A stretch of DNA of 64,000 nt from an uncultured delta proteobacterium (GCA_963806225.1 CAWDXG010000004.1:4960001-5024000), one strand, 5' to 3'; shown: positions 8,270-19,478, counted from the stretch's first letter. A program made the numbers and translations. Notes: a model not told the origin generated them from the sequence alone.

Positions 8270-9196
8270 ATGAGCGTTCCCGCCGTCTCAGCGCTCGAAG
8301 CGCTGCTCCGTCCGCGAGCGCGTCACGACAACGACGTGAGCACCTGGCGCGATCTCGACTGGGCGCGCGCGGGAGTCGAGCTGCCGGCGGGGCTGGAGCT
8401 GGAATGGCTGGGGACGGCGGGGTTCCGGCTCTCGCATAGCGGGTTCGACCTCCTGATCGAGCCGTATGTGTCGCGTCGGCCGCTCCGCGCGATGCTGCCG
8501 CAGAGGGCGCTGCTCTCCGACCCGGAGCTGCTCGCGCGCTTCGTGCCGCACGCCGGCGCGGTGCTCGTCGGCCACACGCATTTCGATCACGCCGTGGACG
8601 TGCCGGCGCTCGCCCGACGCGACGGGTGCAAGGTGTACGGCTCGCACTCGCTCCGCACGCTGATGGGCCTGTACGGTCTTGCCGAGCAGAGCGTGGCGGT
8701 CGAGCCGGGGCGCATCTACGAGATCGGACCGTTCGAAGTGACCTTCGTGGAGTCCCTGCACTCGAAGCTCACGCTGGGCCTGGCCGTCCCTGCGGGCGGC
8801 GAGCTCACCTGCGATCACCTCGACGATCTGTCCGCGGGTCGCTACCGCTCGGGACAGGTGTTCGGCATCCACATCGCCGTGGCAGGCGTGACGTTCTACC
8901 ACCAGGGCAGCGCGAACCTGATCGATGAGCGCGTGGTGCATCGCGGCGTCGACTACTTCCTCGCGGGCATCGCGGGGCGCGGTTTCACGCCGCGCTATGC
9001 CGAGCGCATCCTGTCCCGTCTCGAGCCGCGTATCGTCATCCCCCAGCACTTCGACGACTTCTTCCGTCCGCTGGAAAAGGAGCTGGGCTTCTCGCTCAAC
9101 GTGAACCTGGGCGGCTTCGTGGAAGAGGTCCGCCGGGTCTCGAGCGACTTCTCCGTGCGCACGCTCAGGCCCGCCAACGCGGTATCGCGCGCGTAG
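8270..9196 (+). CDS. MBL-fold metallo-hydrolase (UlaG-like)
   Basis: WLGTAGF, GHTHFDHA and IPQHFD motifs. Confidence 0.85.
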   Translation: MSVPAVSALEALLRPRARHDNDVSTWRDLDWARAGVELPAGLELEWLGTAGFRLSHSGFDLLIEPYVSRRPLRAMLPQRALLSDPELLARFVPHAGAVLVGHTHFDHAVDVPALARRDGCKVYGSHSLRTLMGLYGLAEQSVAVEPGRIYEIGPFEVTFVESLHSKLTLGLAVPAGGELTCDHLDDLSAGRYRSGQVFGIHIAVAGVTFYHQGSANLIDERVVHRGVDYFLAGIAGRGFTPRYAERILSRLEPRIVIPQHFDDFFRPLEKELGFSLNVNLGGFVEEVRRVSSDFSVRTLRPANAVSRA

Positions 9197-9235
9197 CCGG
9201 GGAAGAACGCGGGGAGGGCGACCGTACGAAGAGCC

Positions 9236-9694
9236 ATGGGCGGACATCCGTACTGGTACTTCGTTTCCTACGAGGGTGATGCCGGGCAGGCGCTCGACGC
9301 GCTGAGGGAGCGCGAGTTCCTTGCGGGGCGCTACAACCCGGTGTTGCGCTACATCGAGTTCGACGATCCCGGGTTCTCCGCGCAGCAGCCGGGCCCGCAG
9401 CACGACAGTATCGAGGCAGCCATGGAGGCCGCGCTCGAGGAGGGGACGCGATCGATCCTCGACGTCGAACGCGTAGCGGATGATCCGGACGACGCCGACT
9501 ACGGCGTCGCCGCGCCACTGGCACTGGAGCAGTTGCTGGAGATCTACGGCACCGATCGCCCCACCCGGCGCATGCTCGAAGCGGACCGGAGCTACCTCGA
9601 CGACATCCCGCGCGGCCAGTGCGTCTGGGTCGTCGTCCACGACGACGAAGGCGCGGCGAGCGAGCTCCTGTTCGCGGGGTATTCGTACGACTAG
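9236..9694 (+). CDS. Hypothetical acidic protein
   Basis: 152-aa ORF with strong codon bias, ending FAGYSYD. Confidence 0.75.
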   Translation: MGGHPYWYFVSYEGDAGQALDALREREFLAGRYNPVLRYIEFDDPGFSAQQPGPQHDSIEAAMEAALEEGTRSILDVERVADDPDDADYGVAAPLALEQLLEIYGTDRPTRRMLEADRSYLDDIPRGQCVWVVVHDDEGAASELLFAGYSYD

Positions 9695-9709
9695 AGCAGG
9701 GCGCGCGGT

Positions 9710-10096
9710 TCACGCGGCCTGGCAGAGCGTCATCGCGACCGGCACGCGGTGCAGCAGCCACACGCCGAGCGGCAGGAGCACGATCGTTACGCACAGGATG
9801 TAGCCGACCTTGAACAGGAGCAGGCCGAGCCACCAGCCGACCGCAAAGAACCACACGATGCGGAGCAGCAGCGGCAGCTCGCGCGGGGCCTGGCCGGTGC
9901 TGGGCTCGTGGGGAACCGGCTTGAGCGTCAGGACGTAGGGCAGTCGGTTGAACATGGTCGTGCCGACCGGCAGGAGCACGATCGTGGCGCAGCAGGCGTA
10001 CGCGATCAGGCCCCAGACGAGCGCCGCCCACCAGCCCACGAGCAGGAAGTACAGGACCCGTTCCAACGTCGCGATTCCGCCCTGGCTGTCCGGCAT
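9710..10096 (-). CDS. YccF-domain membrane protein
   Basis: Duplicated motif R(V/I)(L/V)(Y/W)F..VGWW...C.TIVLLP.G. Confidence 0.8.
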   Translation of the reverse strand: MPDSQGGIATLERVLYFLLVGWWAALVWGLIAYACCATIVLLPVGTTMFNRLPYVLTLKPVPHEPSTGQAPRELPLLLRIVWFFAVGWWLGLLLFKVGYILCVTIVLLPLGVWLLHRVPVAMTLCQAA

Positions 10097-10238
10097 GTCG
10101 TCTCCAAAGGTCGAGAAAGATTGTCCCATCGGTGGCTCCTTGTTGACTGTTCGTTCCGGGGGCGCGGTTTATTTCAACCGTTTCGTGTCCCGGCCCAGCG
10201 CAGCGGCGTGGCTAGGCAAACCGGGATAGACTGCCGCC

Positions 10239-10964
10239 ATGGCTTGGTCTCGTGGACTCGTGCTGGGTGTGGTGGGTGTGGGGCTTGCGCTTGCGGTCGG
10301 ATGTGGCGGGAACGCCACGTCGGGTAGCGGCGCGACGGGCGGCAGCGGCGCGACGGGCGGCAGCGGCGCGACGGGCGGCAGCGGCGCGACGGGCGGCAGC
10401 GGCGCGACGGGCGGCAGCGGCGCGACGGGCGGCAGCGGCGCGACGGGCGGCAGCGGCGCGACGGGCGGCAGCGGTGGGATCGGTGGCAACTGCAACGCCA
10501 GCGCGAAGAGCTGCACCCAGCCCGCTGACTGCGTGCTCACCGCGGCCAGCTGCTGCGTCTGCGGCGATCCCCAGCTCAGCGACTACGTCTCGATCAACAA
10601 GGCGTACCAGAAGGCGTGCACCTGCCAGGGGCCCGCTTGCGGCTGCGCGGTCCGACCCAATCCGGATCTCGGCGCTACCTGCAAGTCCGGCACGTGCGCT
10701 GGTTTCGACGTGAAGCAGGTCGATGCGCTCTCCGTCTGCACTTCCAAGACGGACTGCACGCTGCGGATCGGCCTCGGATGTTGTCCGGCGTGCCAGTCCA
10801 ACGGCTTCGATGTGATCGCGGTGCGCACCGACGCCGAAGCGGCGCTTGCAAAGCTGGTCTGTGACAACGGCGCGCCCCAGGGTTGCCCTGCCTGCGCGCC
10901 GTCGCCCCCGCCCAACACGCAAGCGGACTGCATCAAGGGGCGCTGCCAGGTCGTGACGCAATAG
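10239..10964 (+). CDS. Cys-rich lipoprotein with (GGSGAT)n linker
   Basis: LAVGC lipobox; two C..D.C....CC..C modules. Confidence 0.8.
   Translation: MAWSRGLVLGVVGVGLALAVGCGGNATSGSGATGGSGATGGSGATGGSGATGGSGATGGSGATGGSGATGGSGATGGSGGIGGNCNASAKSCTQPADCVLTAASCCVCGDPQLSDYVSINKAYQKACTCQGPACGCAVRPNPDLGATCKSGTCAGFDVKQVDALSVCTSKTDCTLRIGLGCCPACQSNGFDVIAVRTDAEAALAKLVCDNGAPQGCPACAPSPPPNTQADCIKGRCQVVTQ
10326..10474 (+). repeat. Perfect 18-bp tandem repeat, 8 copies (AGCGGCGCGACGGGCGGC)
   Basis: Eight identical units plus a partial ninth, read directly. Confidence 0.95.
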
Positions 10965-11027
10965 CGCGAGGCGGAAAGCGCGCATCGCCCTTCTTCTCCG
11001 GCGGGTTCCGGGGCACACTGCCCTCTG

Positions 11028-12021
11028 TTGGCGCGGCAGATTGCGAGGCGGCCGGACCGCGAGGTCTACGAGTTCCACGGCATCATCACGGTGTCGCCGC
11101 AGATGCTCTCCTTCTTCGAGCTTCTGGATCGGGTGGCGCGGACCGACTCGAGCGTGCTCATCCGCGGCGAGACGGGGACCGGCAAGGAGCTGGTAGCCCG
11201 CGCCCTGCACGAGCTGAGCCCGCGCGCGGGGCTGCCCTTCCAGGCGCTGAACTGCGCCACGCTCACGCCCGGGTTGCTCGCCTCGGAGCTGTTCGGGCAC
11301 GTGCGCGGCGCGTTCACCGGCGCCATCCGCGATCGCCGCGGGCTGTTCGCGCAGGCCGACACGGGCAGCATCTTCCTCGACGAGATCGCCGAGATGCCGC
11401 TCGACATCCAGTCGCGGCTCTTGCGCGTGCTGCAGGACCACACCTTCGTGCCGCTGGGCGGCGTGGATCCGATCACTGTCGATGTGAGGCTGGTGTCGGC
11501 GACGCTGCGCTCGCTGCGCGAGGAGGTGCGGGCCGGTCGCTTCCGCGAGGATCTCGATGTACCGCGTGCGCGTAGTGACGCTGCACCTGCCGCGGCTCGC
11601 CGAGCGCGAAGGCGACGTGGAAGCGCTGACCTGGCACTTCATCGACCAGTTCAACGCGCTCGGCTACCGTCACGTCGAAGGCATCGACAAGAAGGCGATG
11701 GAAGCGCTCTTGGCCTATCCGTGGCCCGGCAACGTGCGCGAGCTCCGTAACAACATCGAGCACGCATTCGCGGTGGGTCAGGGACCGGTGCTCGAGTCCC
11801 GCGAGCTGTCATTGGAGCTGCGCGGCTTGCCGCCGCCGACCTCGCACTCGCTGTCGGCGCGTGCAGAGGGTCAGGCGTCCGGCGCCGTGCTCAGCAACGA
11901 GGCCGACCGCATCCGCGACGCCCTGCGCCGCGCCGGCAACAGGAAGGGCGACGCCGCCCGCCTGCTCGGGATGAGCCGCTCCACCTTGTGGCGCAAGATG
12001 CGCGAGCTCAGGATCCCCTAG
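11028..12021 (+). CDS. Sigma54-dependent Fis-family activator without an N-terminal sensor domain; frameshifted near 11556
   Basis: GETGTGKE, ELFGHVRGAFTGA, FLDEI and FREDL in one frame; YRVRVV, WPGNVREL and HTH in the next frame; one extra base. Confidence 0.85.
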
Positions 12022-12188
12022 CCAGGCGCCGCGAATCACGCACTTTCGACGCCATTTTCCGAAACGCCGCTGGCAGTCGGCCCGGGCTTGCCCTAAGCCT
12101 TGTCCGGTCGCGCTCCGGCTCGGCGACCGCTTCCGGAGCGCGGGTGTCCACGCTCTGCCCGTCGGGCGCGGCGCGGCCTTGTCCCTGC

Positions 12189-13994
12189 ATGTTCTCCAGA
12201 AAAGACACCAGAGCCAGCGAGATCCCGGTTTCGCTGTGGGGCCAGGCCAAGCGGCATGCGCCTCGCTACGGCGCCGGGATGCTGCTGCTCGCGGTCTACC
12301 AATACGCGCAGTACTTCTTCGACACGCGGCTGATGACAGCCATCGACGCGGCCGTGAAGGGCCGCGCCGCGTACGCCACGCACATCGGCATCATCCTGGT
12401 GAGCGTGGCGATGGGCGCGTTCGGCATCCGGGTGATGTCGCGCATGGCCATCTTCAACGGCGGCCGCATCGCGGAGTACGAGCTCAGGAAAGCTCTGCTC
12501 GACCGGCTGCAGCGCCTCGGCCCGTCCTTCTACCGGCGCATGAGCACCGGCGAGATCATGAGCCGGGTCACCAACGATCTCGCCCAGGTCCGCCTGCTGC
12601 TCGGTTTCGGCATCCTGAACAGCTTCAACACGCTGTTCGGGCTGATCAGCGCTTTCTCCGTAACGCTCTCCATCTCCTGGAAGCTCACCCTGGCGTCGCT
12701 CTCGTCGCTGCCGCTGCTCCTGGTCGTCACCCGCCGCTTCTCCAAGCTGATGTACACGCGCACGCGCGCCAACCAGGACGCCATCGGGCGCATGAGCGAA
12801 CGTGTGCAGTCGAGCATCGCCGGGGTGCGCGTGGTCCGCTCCTTCGCGCTCGAATCCTCGGAGCTCGAGCACTTCGAGGAGCGGAACCAGGACTATCTGG
12901 AAAAGAGCCTGTCCCTGGCACGCCTGCGCGGTTCGATGGGTCCGGTGATGCAGGCCATCAGCACCATCGGCATCGTGATCGTGTTCTGGTACGGCGGCTA
13001 CCTCGTCCTTCACGGCCAGCTCACCGAGGGCGGCTTCCTGGCGTTCTACCGCGCGCTGGCGCGCTTGACCTGGCCGCTCATCGCGCTCGGCTTCCTCGTC
13101 GGCATGGTGCAGCGCGGCCGCGCCGCCTACTCGCGACTGAGGATGGTGTTCGACGCCGAGCCGGACATCGCCGACGGTCCGCTGGCCGCGCCCGAGCGCG
13201 TGGAAGGCCGGCTCGACGTGCAGCATCTGTCGTTTTCCTACGGCGATCAGCCTGTGCTGCGCGACGTGAGCTTCGAGCTGCTGGCGGGCGGTTCGCTGGC
13301 GATTGTCGGGCGCACCGGCAGCGGAAAATCCACGCTCGCGGTGCTCTTGCCGCGGCTGCAGCCCACGCCGCCGGGGACGGTCTTCCTCGACGGCAACGAC
13401 ATCTGCGATCTACCGCTGTCCGTCGTGCGTGGCAGCATCGGCTACGCGCAGCAGACGCCGTTCCTGTTCTCGACCACCGTGGGCCGCAACATCGGCTACG
13501 CGCTTGACGATCCCGACTCGCAGCCGTCGCTGATGACCGTCCGCGAGGCCGCCGCCGAGGCACACATCCTCGACGAGGTGCTGGGGCTGCCCGACGGCTT
13601 CGACACCGTGGTCGGCGAGCGCGGCGTGCAGCTCTCGGGCGGCCAGAAACAGCGCGTGGCGCTGGCCCGCGCGTTCGTCTCGGAGCCGAAAGTCCTGCTG
13701 CTCGACGACCCGCTGAGCGCCGTGGACGCGCGCACCGAGAAGGGCATCCTCGAAGCTATCGACCGCGAGCGCGAAAGGCGCGGCGTGATTCTGATCACGC
13801 ACCGGGTGGCCGCCGCGGCCCGCTGCGACCGCATCATCGTGATGGACAAGGGCCGCGTCGTCGAACGCGGCACCCACGACGAGCTGGTGCAGGCGGGCGG
13901 CCTCTACGCCGAGTTCGCCGAGGAGCAGCGCATCGAGAGCGAGCTCGACCGCCTGGGCGCCGAGGAGCTCGCCGCCGTGGAGGCGCCGCGATGA
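12189..13994 (+). CDS. ABC exporter, fused TMD+NBD subunit 1
   Basis: TM helices; GRTGSGKS, LSGGQKQR and LLLDD motifs. Confidence 0.92.
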   Translation: MFSRKDTRASEIPVSLWGQAKRHAPRYGAGMLLLAVYQYAQYFFDTRLMTAIDAAVKGRAAYATHIGIILVSVAMGAFGIRVMSRMAIFNGGRIAEYELRKALLDRLQRLGPSFYRRMSTGEIMSRVTNDLAQVRLLLGFGILNSFNTLFGLISAFSVTLSISWKLTLASLSSLPLLLVVTRRFSKLMYTRTRANQDAIGRMSERVQSSIAGVRVVRSFALESSELEHFEERNQDYLEKSLSLARLRGSMGPVMQAISTIGIVIVFWYGGYLVLHGQLTEGGFLAFYRALARLTWPLIALGFLVGMVQRGRAAYSRLRMVFDAEPDIADGPLAAPERVEGRLDVQHLSFSYGDQPVLRDVSFELLAGGSLAIVGRTGSGKSTLAVLLPRLQPTPPGTVFLDGNDICDLPLSVVRGSIGYAQQTPFLFSTTVGRNIGYALDDPDSQPSLMTVREAAAEAHILDEVLGLPDGFDTVVGERGVQLSGGQKQRVALARAFVSEPKVLLLDDPLSAVDARTEKGILEAIDRERERRGVILITHRVAAAARCDRIIVMDKGRVVERGTHDELVQAGGLYAEFAEEQRIESELDRLGAEELAAVEAPR

Positions 13995-15909
13995 CCACAC
14001 CTCCGCCGTCAGAGAGCTCCGGCGCGCTGCCGTCGGCCGAGGACAACCCCCGGGAGACAACGTCGCCCGCACCGAGCAGGTCCTGCGCGCCTTCCACGAG
14101 GAAGTCACGCTGGGCAAGGCCTACGACTCGCGGCTCATCGGCAAGCTCTGGCCTTTCGTCAGGCCGCACCGGCGGCTACTGTGGATGGCGCTGATCGTCC
14201 TGCTGTTCACCGCGGCGGGTGGGCTGGTGCGCCCGCTGATCATGCGCGAGGCCATCGACCAGGGCGTGCTCAAGCACGACTCCGGCGTGCTGATGCGCGG
14301 CGGCTTCCTTCTGGCCGGCGTGGTCCTGACCGTGCAGATCCTGAACTTCGTCCAGATCTATACGATGCAGATCGTGGGCGCCCGGGCCATGGCCGACCTC
14401 AGGCGCCACGTGTTCTCGTTCCTGCACGGCCTCAGGCTCGGCTTCTTCGACAACCAGCCCGTCGGACGTCTGGTCACCCGCGTGACCAACGACGTGGACG
14501 CCGTGCTCGAGTTGTTCGCGTCCGGCGCGATGAACGCCTTCGGCGATCTAGTGAAGCTCGTCGGCATCGTCATCCTGATGCTGATCATGGACTGGAAGCT
14601 CTCGCTCATCGCCTTTGCCGCGACGCCGCCGGTGGCCATCCTGGTGGTCGCGGTCCGGCGCAGATCGCGCCAGGCCTTCCGCGACATCCGCGCCAAGACG
14701 GCGCGCATGAACGCGAACATGAACGAGCAGGTCTCGGGAATGAGCGTGGTGCAGGCCTACAGTCACGAAGAGGGCGCCGCGCGCGAGTTCGACGAGATCA
14801 ACGCCGCCTACCTCGACGCGAATATCCGCTCCATCAAGTACGAGGCGACGCAGGATGCCGCGATCGAGACCGTTGCTTCGATCTGCCTTGCGTCGATCGT
14901 CGTCTCGCTGGGCTACCGGCCGGTGAGCTTCGGCACCGTGGTGGCGTTCAATGCCTACCTGGTGCAGTTCTTCGAGCCCATCAGCCAGCTGGCCCAGCGC
15001 TACACGCTCTTGCAGAGCGCGATGGCCGGCGCCGAGCGCATCTTCGGTCTGCTGGAGGAGAACGCGCCGGACGCGCCGGTGAGAGCCGAGGTGGCCGAAC
15101 CGGGCGACTCCGATCTGGCCTTCGAGCTCGAGGACGTGAGCTTCGAGTACAAGCCGAACGTCCCCGTGCTCAGGCACGTCAGCTTCCGCGCGCGCCGCGG
15201 CGAGAAGATCGCGCTGGTCGGGCCCACCGGCGCCGGCAAGACCACGATCACGGCGCTCTTGCTCCGGCTGTACGAGGCGCAGGAGGGCGTGGTGCGCGTC
15301 GACGGCGACGACGTGGCGGGGCTCGAACGCACTGAGCTCCGGCGGCGCTTCGCGGTCGTGCCGCAGGACGTGTTCCTGTTCCCGGGCACGGTGTCCACGA
15401 ACATCGCGGCCAGCGCTACGCCGGATCGCGAGCGCGTCGAGGAAGCGCTCCGGCGCATCGGCGCGCTCGATCTGTTCGAGGGCCGCGAGGGCGGCATCGA
15501 CGCGATCATCGAGGAGCACGGTGGCAATTTCTCTGCCGGCGAGCGGCAGCTCATCGCCTTCGCCCGGGCGCTCTACCGCGACGCGCCCATCCTGATCCTC
15601 GACGAGGCGACGGCCAGCGTGGATAGCGCGACCGAGGCGCGGTTGCAGCGCGCGCTGGAAGAGCTGATGCGCGGTCGGACCGCGCTCATCATCGCCCACC
15701 GCCTCAGCACCATCCGCAAGGCGGATCGCATCGTCGTGTTCCACAAGGGACGCATCGCGGAACAGGGGCGCCACGAGGAGTTGCTCCAGGAGGGTGGCTT
15801 GTACGCCCGCCTACATGAATTGCAGTTCGCGCGGCGGGAGTCTGCCGGCGCACTGCAGCCGCCGGCAGAGGGCGCGGGTGCGCGCCAGGGAGCCGGCACC
15901 GGCGGATAG
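13991..15909 (+). CDS. ABC exporter, fused TMD+NBD subunit 2; frameshifted at the C-run 14047-14051
   Basis: ATGA overlap with subunit 1; adding one C joins the start to HEEVTLGKAYDSRL..; GPTGAGKT, FSAGERQL and ILDEAT motifs. Confidence 0.88.
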
Positions 15910-15948
15910 TTTCCCGGGCGCCCCGGGGTCCGGGCTAGTCTTGCAGCC

Positions 15949-16470
15949 ATGAAAACCCAGGAACTCCGCGCTCGGCAGGCGCCGTTGAAGGACCGCTACC
16001 GCGAGGATCCCGGGTCGGCGCTCGTGACGCTGAGCGCCGAGGGCGAGCTCGACGTGACTTTCGTCGCGTGCCGCGTACCGACGTTCAACGGCGAGGCGCG
16101 GTCTGGCCTGCACCCCGCGACGGGCGGCGACGGCAATGAAGCGTGCTCGGGTGACATGCTGCTCCAGGCGCTGGTCGCGTGCGCGGGGGTCACACTGGGA
16201 GCCGTGGCCACGGCCATGGGCATCGAGATCCACGGCGGCAAGGTGCGCGCGGAAGGCGAGATCGATTTCCGCGGTACGCTCGGCGTCTCCCGCGAAGTCC
16301 CAGTCGGGTTCACCGGGATCCGGCTCTTGTTCGCGCTCGACACCGACGCGGCGCCCGAGCGCCTGCACAAGCTCATGGAGTTGACGGAGCGCTACTGTGT
16401 CGTCTTCCAGACGCTGCGTTCCGGACTGGAAGTCACGTGCAGCCTGGAGCGGCAGGCTCAGTTGCCGTAG
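15949..16470 (+). CDS. OsmC-family protein
   Basis: GLHPATGG, ACSGDMLLQALVAC, DFRGTLG and TERYCVV motifs. Confidence 0.88.
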   Translation: MKTQELRARQAPLKDRYREDPGSALVTLSAEGELDVTFVACRVPTFNGEARSGLHPATGGDGNEACSGDMLLQALVACAGVTLGAVATAMGIEIHGGKVRAEGEIDFRGTLGVSREVPVGFTGIRLLFALDTDAAPERLHKLMELTERYCVVFQTLRSGLEVTCSLERQAQLP

Positions 16471-18047
16471 CTTCGCCGGACCAGGTCTGCCGCCTTTTCC
16501 GCGATCATGATCGTCGGCGCGTTGGTGTTGCCGCGGACGATGCGGGGCATGATGGAGGCGTCGGCGACGCGCAGGCCCGTCAGGCCGTGCACGCGGAGCT
16601 CGGAGTCGACCACTTTGGCCTCGCCGGCGCCCATGCTGCACGTGCCGACGGGGTGGTAGATGGATTCGGCGGCTGTGCGCAGCCAGGCGCGGAGCCCCGC
16701 CTTGCCCGAGACGTTGCGTCCCGGCGTGGCCTCCGCGCCGGTGACGCGCGAAAGCGACGTGGCCGACGCGATCTGTCGCGCGAGCTTCACGCCGCGCGTG
16801 AGCAGATCCGCGTCCGCCCGGGCCTCGAGGTAGTGCGGATCGATGGCGGGCGCTTCGAGCGGATCGGGCGAGCGCAGGCGCACTTCACCGCGGCTTTCCG
16901 GCTGCAGCACAGTGGGCAGAATGCACAGGCCGTGGCCCGCCGGGCGCGTGAGCCCGTGGTCGTACAGCTGCCCCGGCAGAAAGTGGAACTGCAGGTCGGG
17001 CGCTGGAAGGTCGGCCCGGGTCTTCACGAAGCCGCCCGCTTCCACCAGGTGCGAGGCGAGCGGCCCCTTTCGAAGGAGCGCGTAGTTCAGGAGGTTCTTC
17101 GGCGAGTCCATCCCGTCGAGCGTTTCGGCGCCGGCGACGTGGTAGTTCACGTACGCCGTCACGTGATCCTGCAAATTCTTTCCGACGCCGGGTAGGTCGC
17201 GCACGACGGGAATGCCGTGTTCGCGGAGCTCCGCCGCCGGGCCCACGCCGGAGAGCAACAGCAGCTGCGGCGAATTGATGGCGCCGCCGCACAGGATCAC
17301 CTCGCGCTTGGCGCGCGCGAAGCGCGGCCTGCCGCCATCCACCGCGTAGTCGACTCCGATGCAGTGGTCGCCCTCGAAAGAGAGCCCGAGCGCGCGCGCT
17401 CCGGTGAGCACGGTGAGGTTCTTGCGCTTCAGCGCCGGCACCAGGTAGGCCGTCGCCGTGCTCTGGCGCACGCCGCGCTTGAGCGTGGCCTGGAACAGCC
17501 CGAAGCCGAGCTGCGTCGCGCCGTTGAAGTCCGGGTTGAACGGATACCCGCACTCGTTGGCCGCGCGCACGAAGGCCAGGCTCAGCGGCATCGGTGCCGG
17601 TAGATCGGAGACATGCAGCGGCCCGCCGGTGGCGTGGAAGGCCGACGCCCCGCGCGCCTGGTCCTCCGCCTTCTTGAAGAAGGGCAGCACCTCTTCCCAG
17701 CTCCAGCCCCGGCAGCCCGCCTCTGCCCAGCCGTCGTAGTCGCGCCGGTGGCCGCGGATGTACACCATGCGGTTGATGGCGCTGGTGCCGCCCAGCGTCT
17801 TTCCGCGTGGCCAGTACAGCCGGCGTCCCTTCAGGAAGGGCTGCGGCTCCGTCTCGTAGTTCCAGTCGTACTCCGTCTTGTAGAGCGCGCCCGAAGCCGC
17901 CGGCATGTGCACGCGGCGATCGCGGTCAGGGCCGCCCGCTTCCAGCAGCAGCACCCGCGCGCGCCCGTTCTCGCTCAAGCGCGCCGCCAGCACCGCCCCC
18001 GCCGATCCCGCGCCGACAACGATGTAGTCGAAAGCCCTCCTGAACAT
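16458..18047 (-). CDS. GMC-family oxidoreductase (choline dehydrogenase-like)
   Basis: [32 protein letters not shown] and [13 protein letters not shown] motifs. Confidence 0.92.
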   Translation of the reverse strand: MFRRAFDYIVVGAGSAGAVLAARLSENGRARVLLLEAGGPDRDRRVHMPAASGALYKTEYDWNYETEPQPFLKGRRLYWPRGKTLGGTSAINRMVYIRGHRRDYDGWAEAGCRGWSWEEVLPFFKKAEDQARGASAFHATGGPLHVSDLPAPMPLSLAFVRAANECGYPFNPDFNGATQLGFGLFQATLKRGVRQSTATAYLVPALKRKNLTVLTGARALGLSFEGDHCIGVDYAVDGGRPRFARAKREVILCGGAINSPQLLLLSGVGPAAELREHGIPVVRDLPGVGKNLQDHVTAYVNYHVAGAETLDGMDSPKNLLNYALLRKGPLASHLVEAGGFVKTRADLPAPDLQFHFLPGQLYDHGLTRPAGHGLCILPTVLQPESRGEVRLRSPDPLEAPAIDPHYLEARADADLLTRGVKLARQIASATSLSRVTGAEATPGRNVSGKAGLRAWLRTAAESIYHPVGTCSMGAGEAKVVDSELRVHGLTGLRVADASIMPRIVRGNTNAPTIMIAEKAADLVRRSYGN

Positions 18048-18094
18048 CGCGCGCAGGCTAGACCACCGGTTGCCGTGCCGCTAGCAGAGCGCGT

Positions 18095-18586
18095 TCAGTC
18101 CGTTCCCGCGTCCTTCGCGCTCGGCCCTTCGAGCGAGCGGATGCCGACCCACAGCCAGTACTCGGCGCAGGTGTCGTTGCGGAGCTGGACGTACTCCGGC
18201 GTCTTCGCTTCGATGATGACCGCGTTGCCCGCGGCGGGCGAGGAGTTGCCGACCGCGCCGTCGGGGTGCAGCGGGTGCTCCTCGAAGCCGAGGTCCGTAT
18301 CCACCATGAGCTGGTCTGTTCCCAGCCCGTGGTAGAGCCGATATCGACGCCCGGGTGGGAAATGCAGCCAGGCAGCCTGTGGGTCGGTGCTTTCGTAGGT
18401 GGTCGGCGACGGATTCAGCCCGTCCTTGTACGCGACCGGAGCCTGCCCGCTGGTGTCGCACGTCGAGCCACAGCCGGTGGAGACGGTGCCGACCATCAGT
18501 GCGGCGAGCGCGACCACGACGGAGAGCGCGAGGCTCCGCGCGACCCAGCGCGAGCAACAACGCGACGGTGAGTCGGACCGTGTCAT
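18095..18586 (-). CDS. Hypothetical lipoprotein
   Basis: Hydrophobic N-terminus followed by TGC; start uncertain. Confidence 0.65.
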   Translation of the reverse strand: MTRSDSPSRCCSRWVARSLALSVVVALAALMVGTVSTGCGSTCDTSGQAPVAYKDGLNPSPTTYESTDPQAAWLHFPPGRRYRLYHGLGTDQLMVDTDLGFEEHPLHPDGAVGNSSPAAGNAVIIEAKTPEYVQLRNDTCAEYWLWVGIRSLEGPSAKDAGTD

Positions 18587-18632
18587 CGACGGGCCTCGTA
18601 GCACGGCGCCGCGCAGGTTTCGATTGCCCGCG

Positions 18633-19478
18633 CTACTCGAACCAGCCCATCACGATGGCGCGCTCGGCCAGTGCGTCGAGCACGTCCTCGGCGCGGGCGA
18701 CCTCGCGTGCGCGGAAGGGCCGCCAGCGGCGGCCGAGCTCCAGGATGGCCGCGAGCCGCCCGTGCATGCAGAGCGGGACCATGGCCACGCCGCGCGGCGC
18801 GGGAATGCAGCGCCCGATGCGGCCGGCGATGTAGCGCCCGGCTTCACCCAGCTGCGGCTCGCCCATGACCGTGTGGCCGTCCTGGGCGGCGAGCAGCGCC
18901 ACGTCCTCGGGCAGCAGCCGCTCGCCGAGCAGTAGCTCCGCGTTCGGACCGTGCGCGAAGGCCGTGACCGTGGCGTCGAGATCGATCCGGACACGGTGGA
19001 TGAGCCCGATGTGCGCCGCGGCCGCCGTGACGGCGGTGGACAGCGCCAGCAGCAGCGCCTCGTCCAGATCATTGGCGCTCTGGAGCACGCCGACGGGATC
19101 GACCGGCACGGGGCGTATCGACGGAGGCCGCGCGTCGGGATCCGGCGCAGGATTGGAGAGCTCGGCCGAGCTGGGCGGCGGCGGTGCCTCGTTGTGCACG
19201 CTGCTCGCGCGTTCCTCGAAGCTGGAGCTGATACCGGCCAGGTGCTGCACCGTTTCGCGGCGGCCCGCGGCGGTCAGTGCCTCGATGTCTTCCAGCCGGC
19301 GCCACACCTTCCACGACTCGTGGCGGATGAACGAGCCGGGCGGGATGCGCCCTTCGGCGACGCCCCGGCCGAGCAGATCGAAGCTCACCGGGCCCACTGC
19401 CACGACGCCGTTGGTGACGTACCACCTGTCGGCGACACTCATGTCGTCCAGCAGCTCTATGTCCACCGCATGCACCAT
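18633..19478 (-). CDS. GYF_2-like N-terminal domain, Pro-rich linker and GAF-like domain
   Basis: WYVTNG..VGPVS...GRI....W..W; C-terminal MVPL...GRLAAILELGR...PF...E; start uncertain. Confidence 0.7.
   Translation of the reverse strand: MVHAVDIELLDDMSVADRWYVTNGVVAVGPVSFDLLGRGVAEGRIPPGSFIRHESWKVWRRLEDIEALTAAGRRETVQHLAGISSSFEERASSVHNEAPPPPSSAELSNPAPDPDARPPSIRPVPVDPVGVLQSANDLDEALLLALSTAVTAAAAHIGLIHRVRIDLDATVTAFAHGPNAELLLGERLLPEDVALLAAQDGHTVMGEPQLGEAGRYIAGRIGRCIPAPRGVAMVPLCMHGRLAAILELGRRWRPFRAREVARAEDVLDALAERAIVMGWFE

Noticed and set aside
10326..10474. Tandem repeats (also 440-1490) as a CRISPR array
   Set aside because: No unique spacers, in-frame within coding sequence, and no cas genes.
14041..14060. 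Programmed ribosomal frameshift in the ABC subunit
   Set aside because: A homopolymer error is simpler given four other indels, and there is no canonical slippery heptamer.
12189..15909. ABC exporter as the dedicated exporter of the candidate RiPP
   Set aside because: Over 7 kb away with unrelated genes between; no peptidase domain; looks like a generic heterodimeric exporter.
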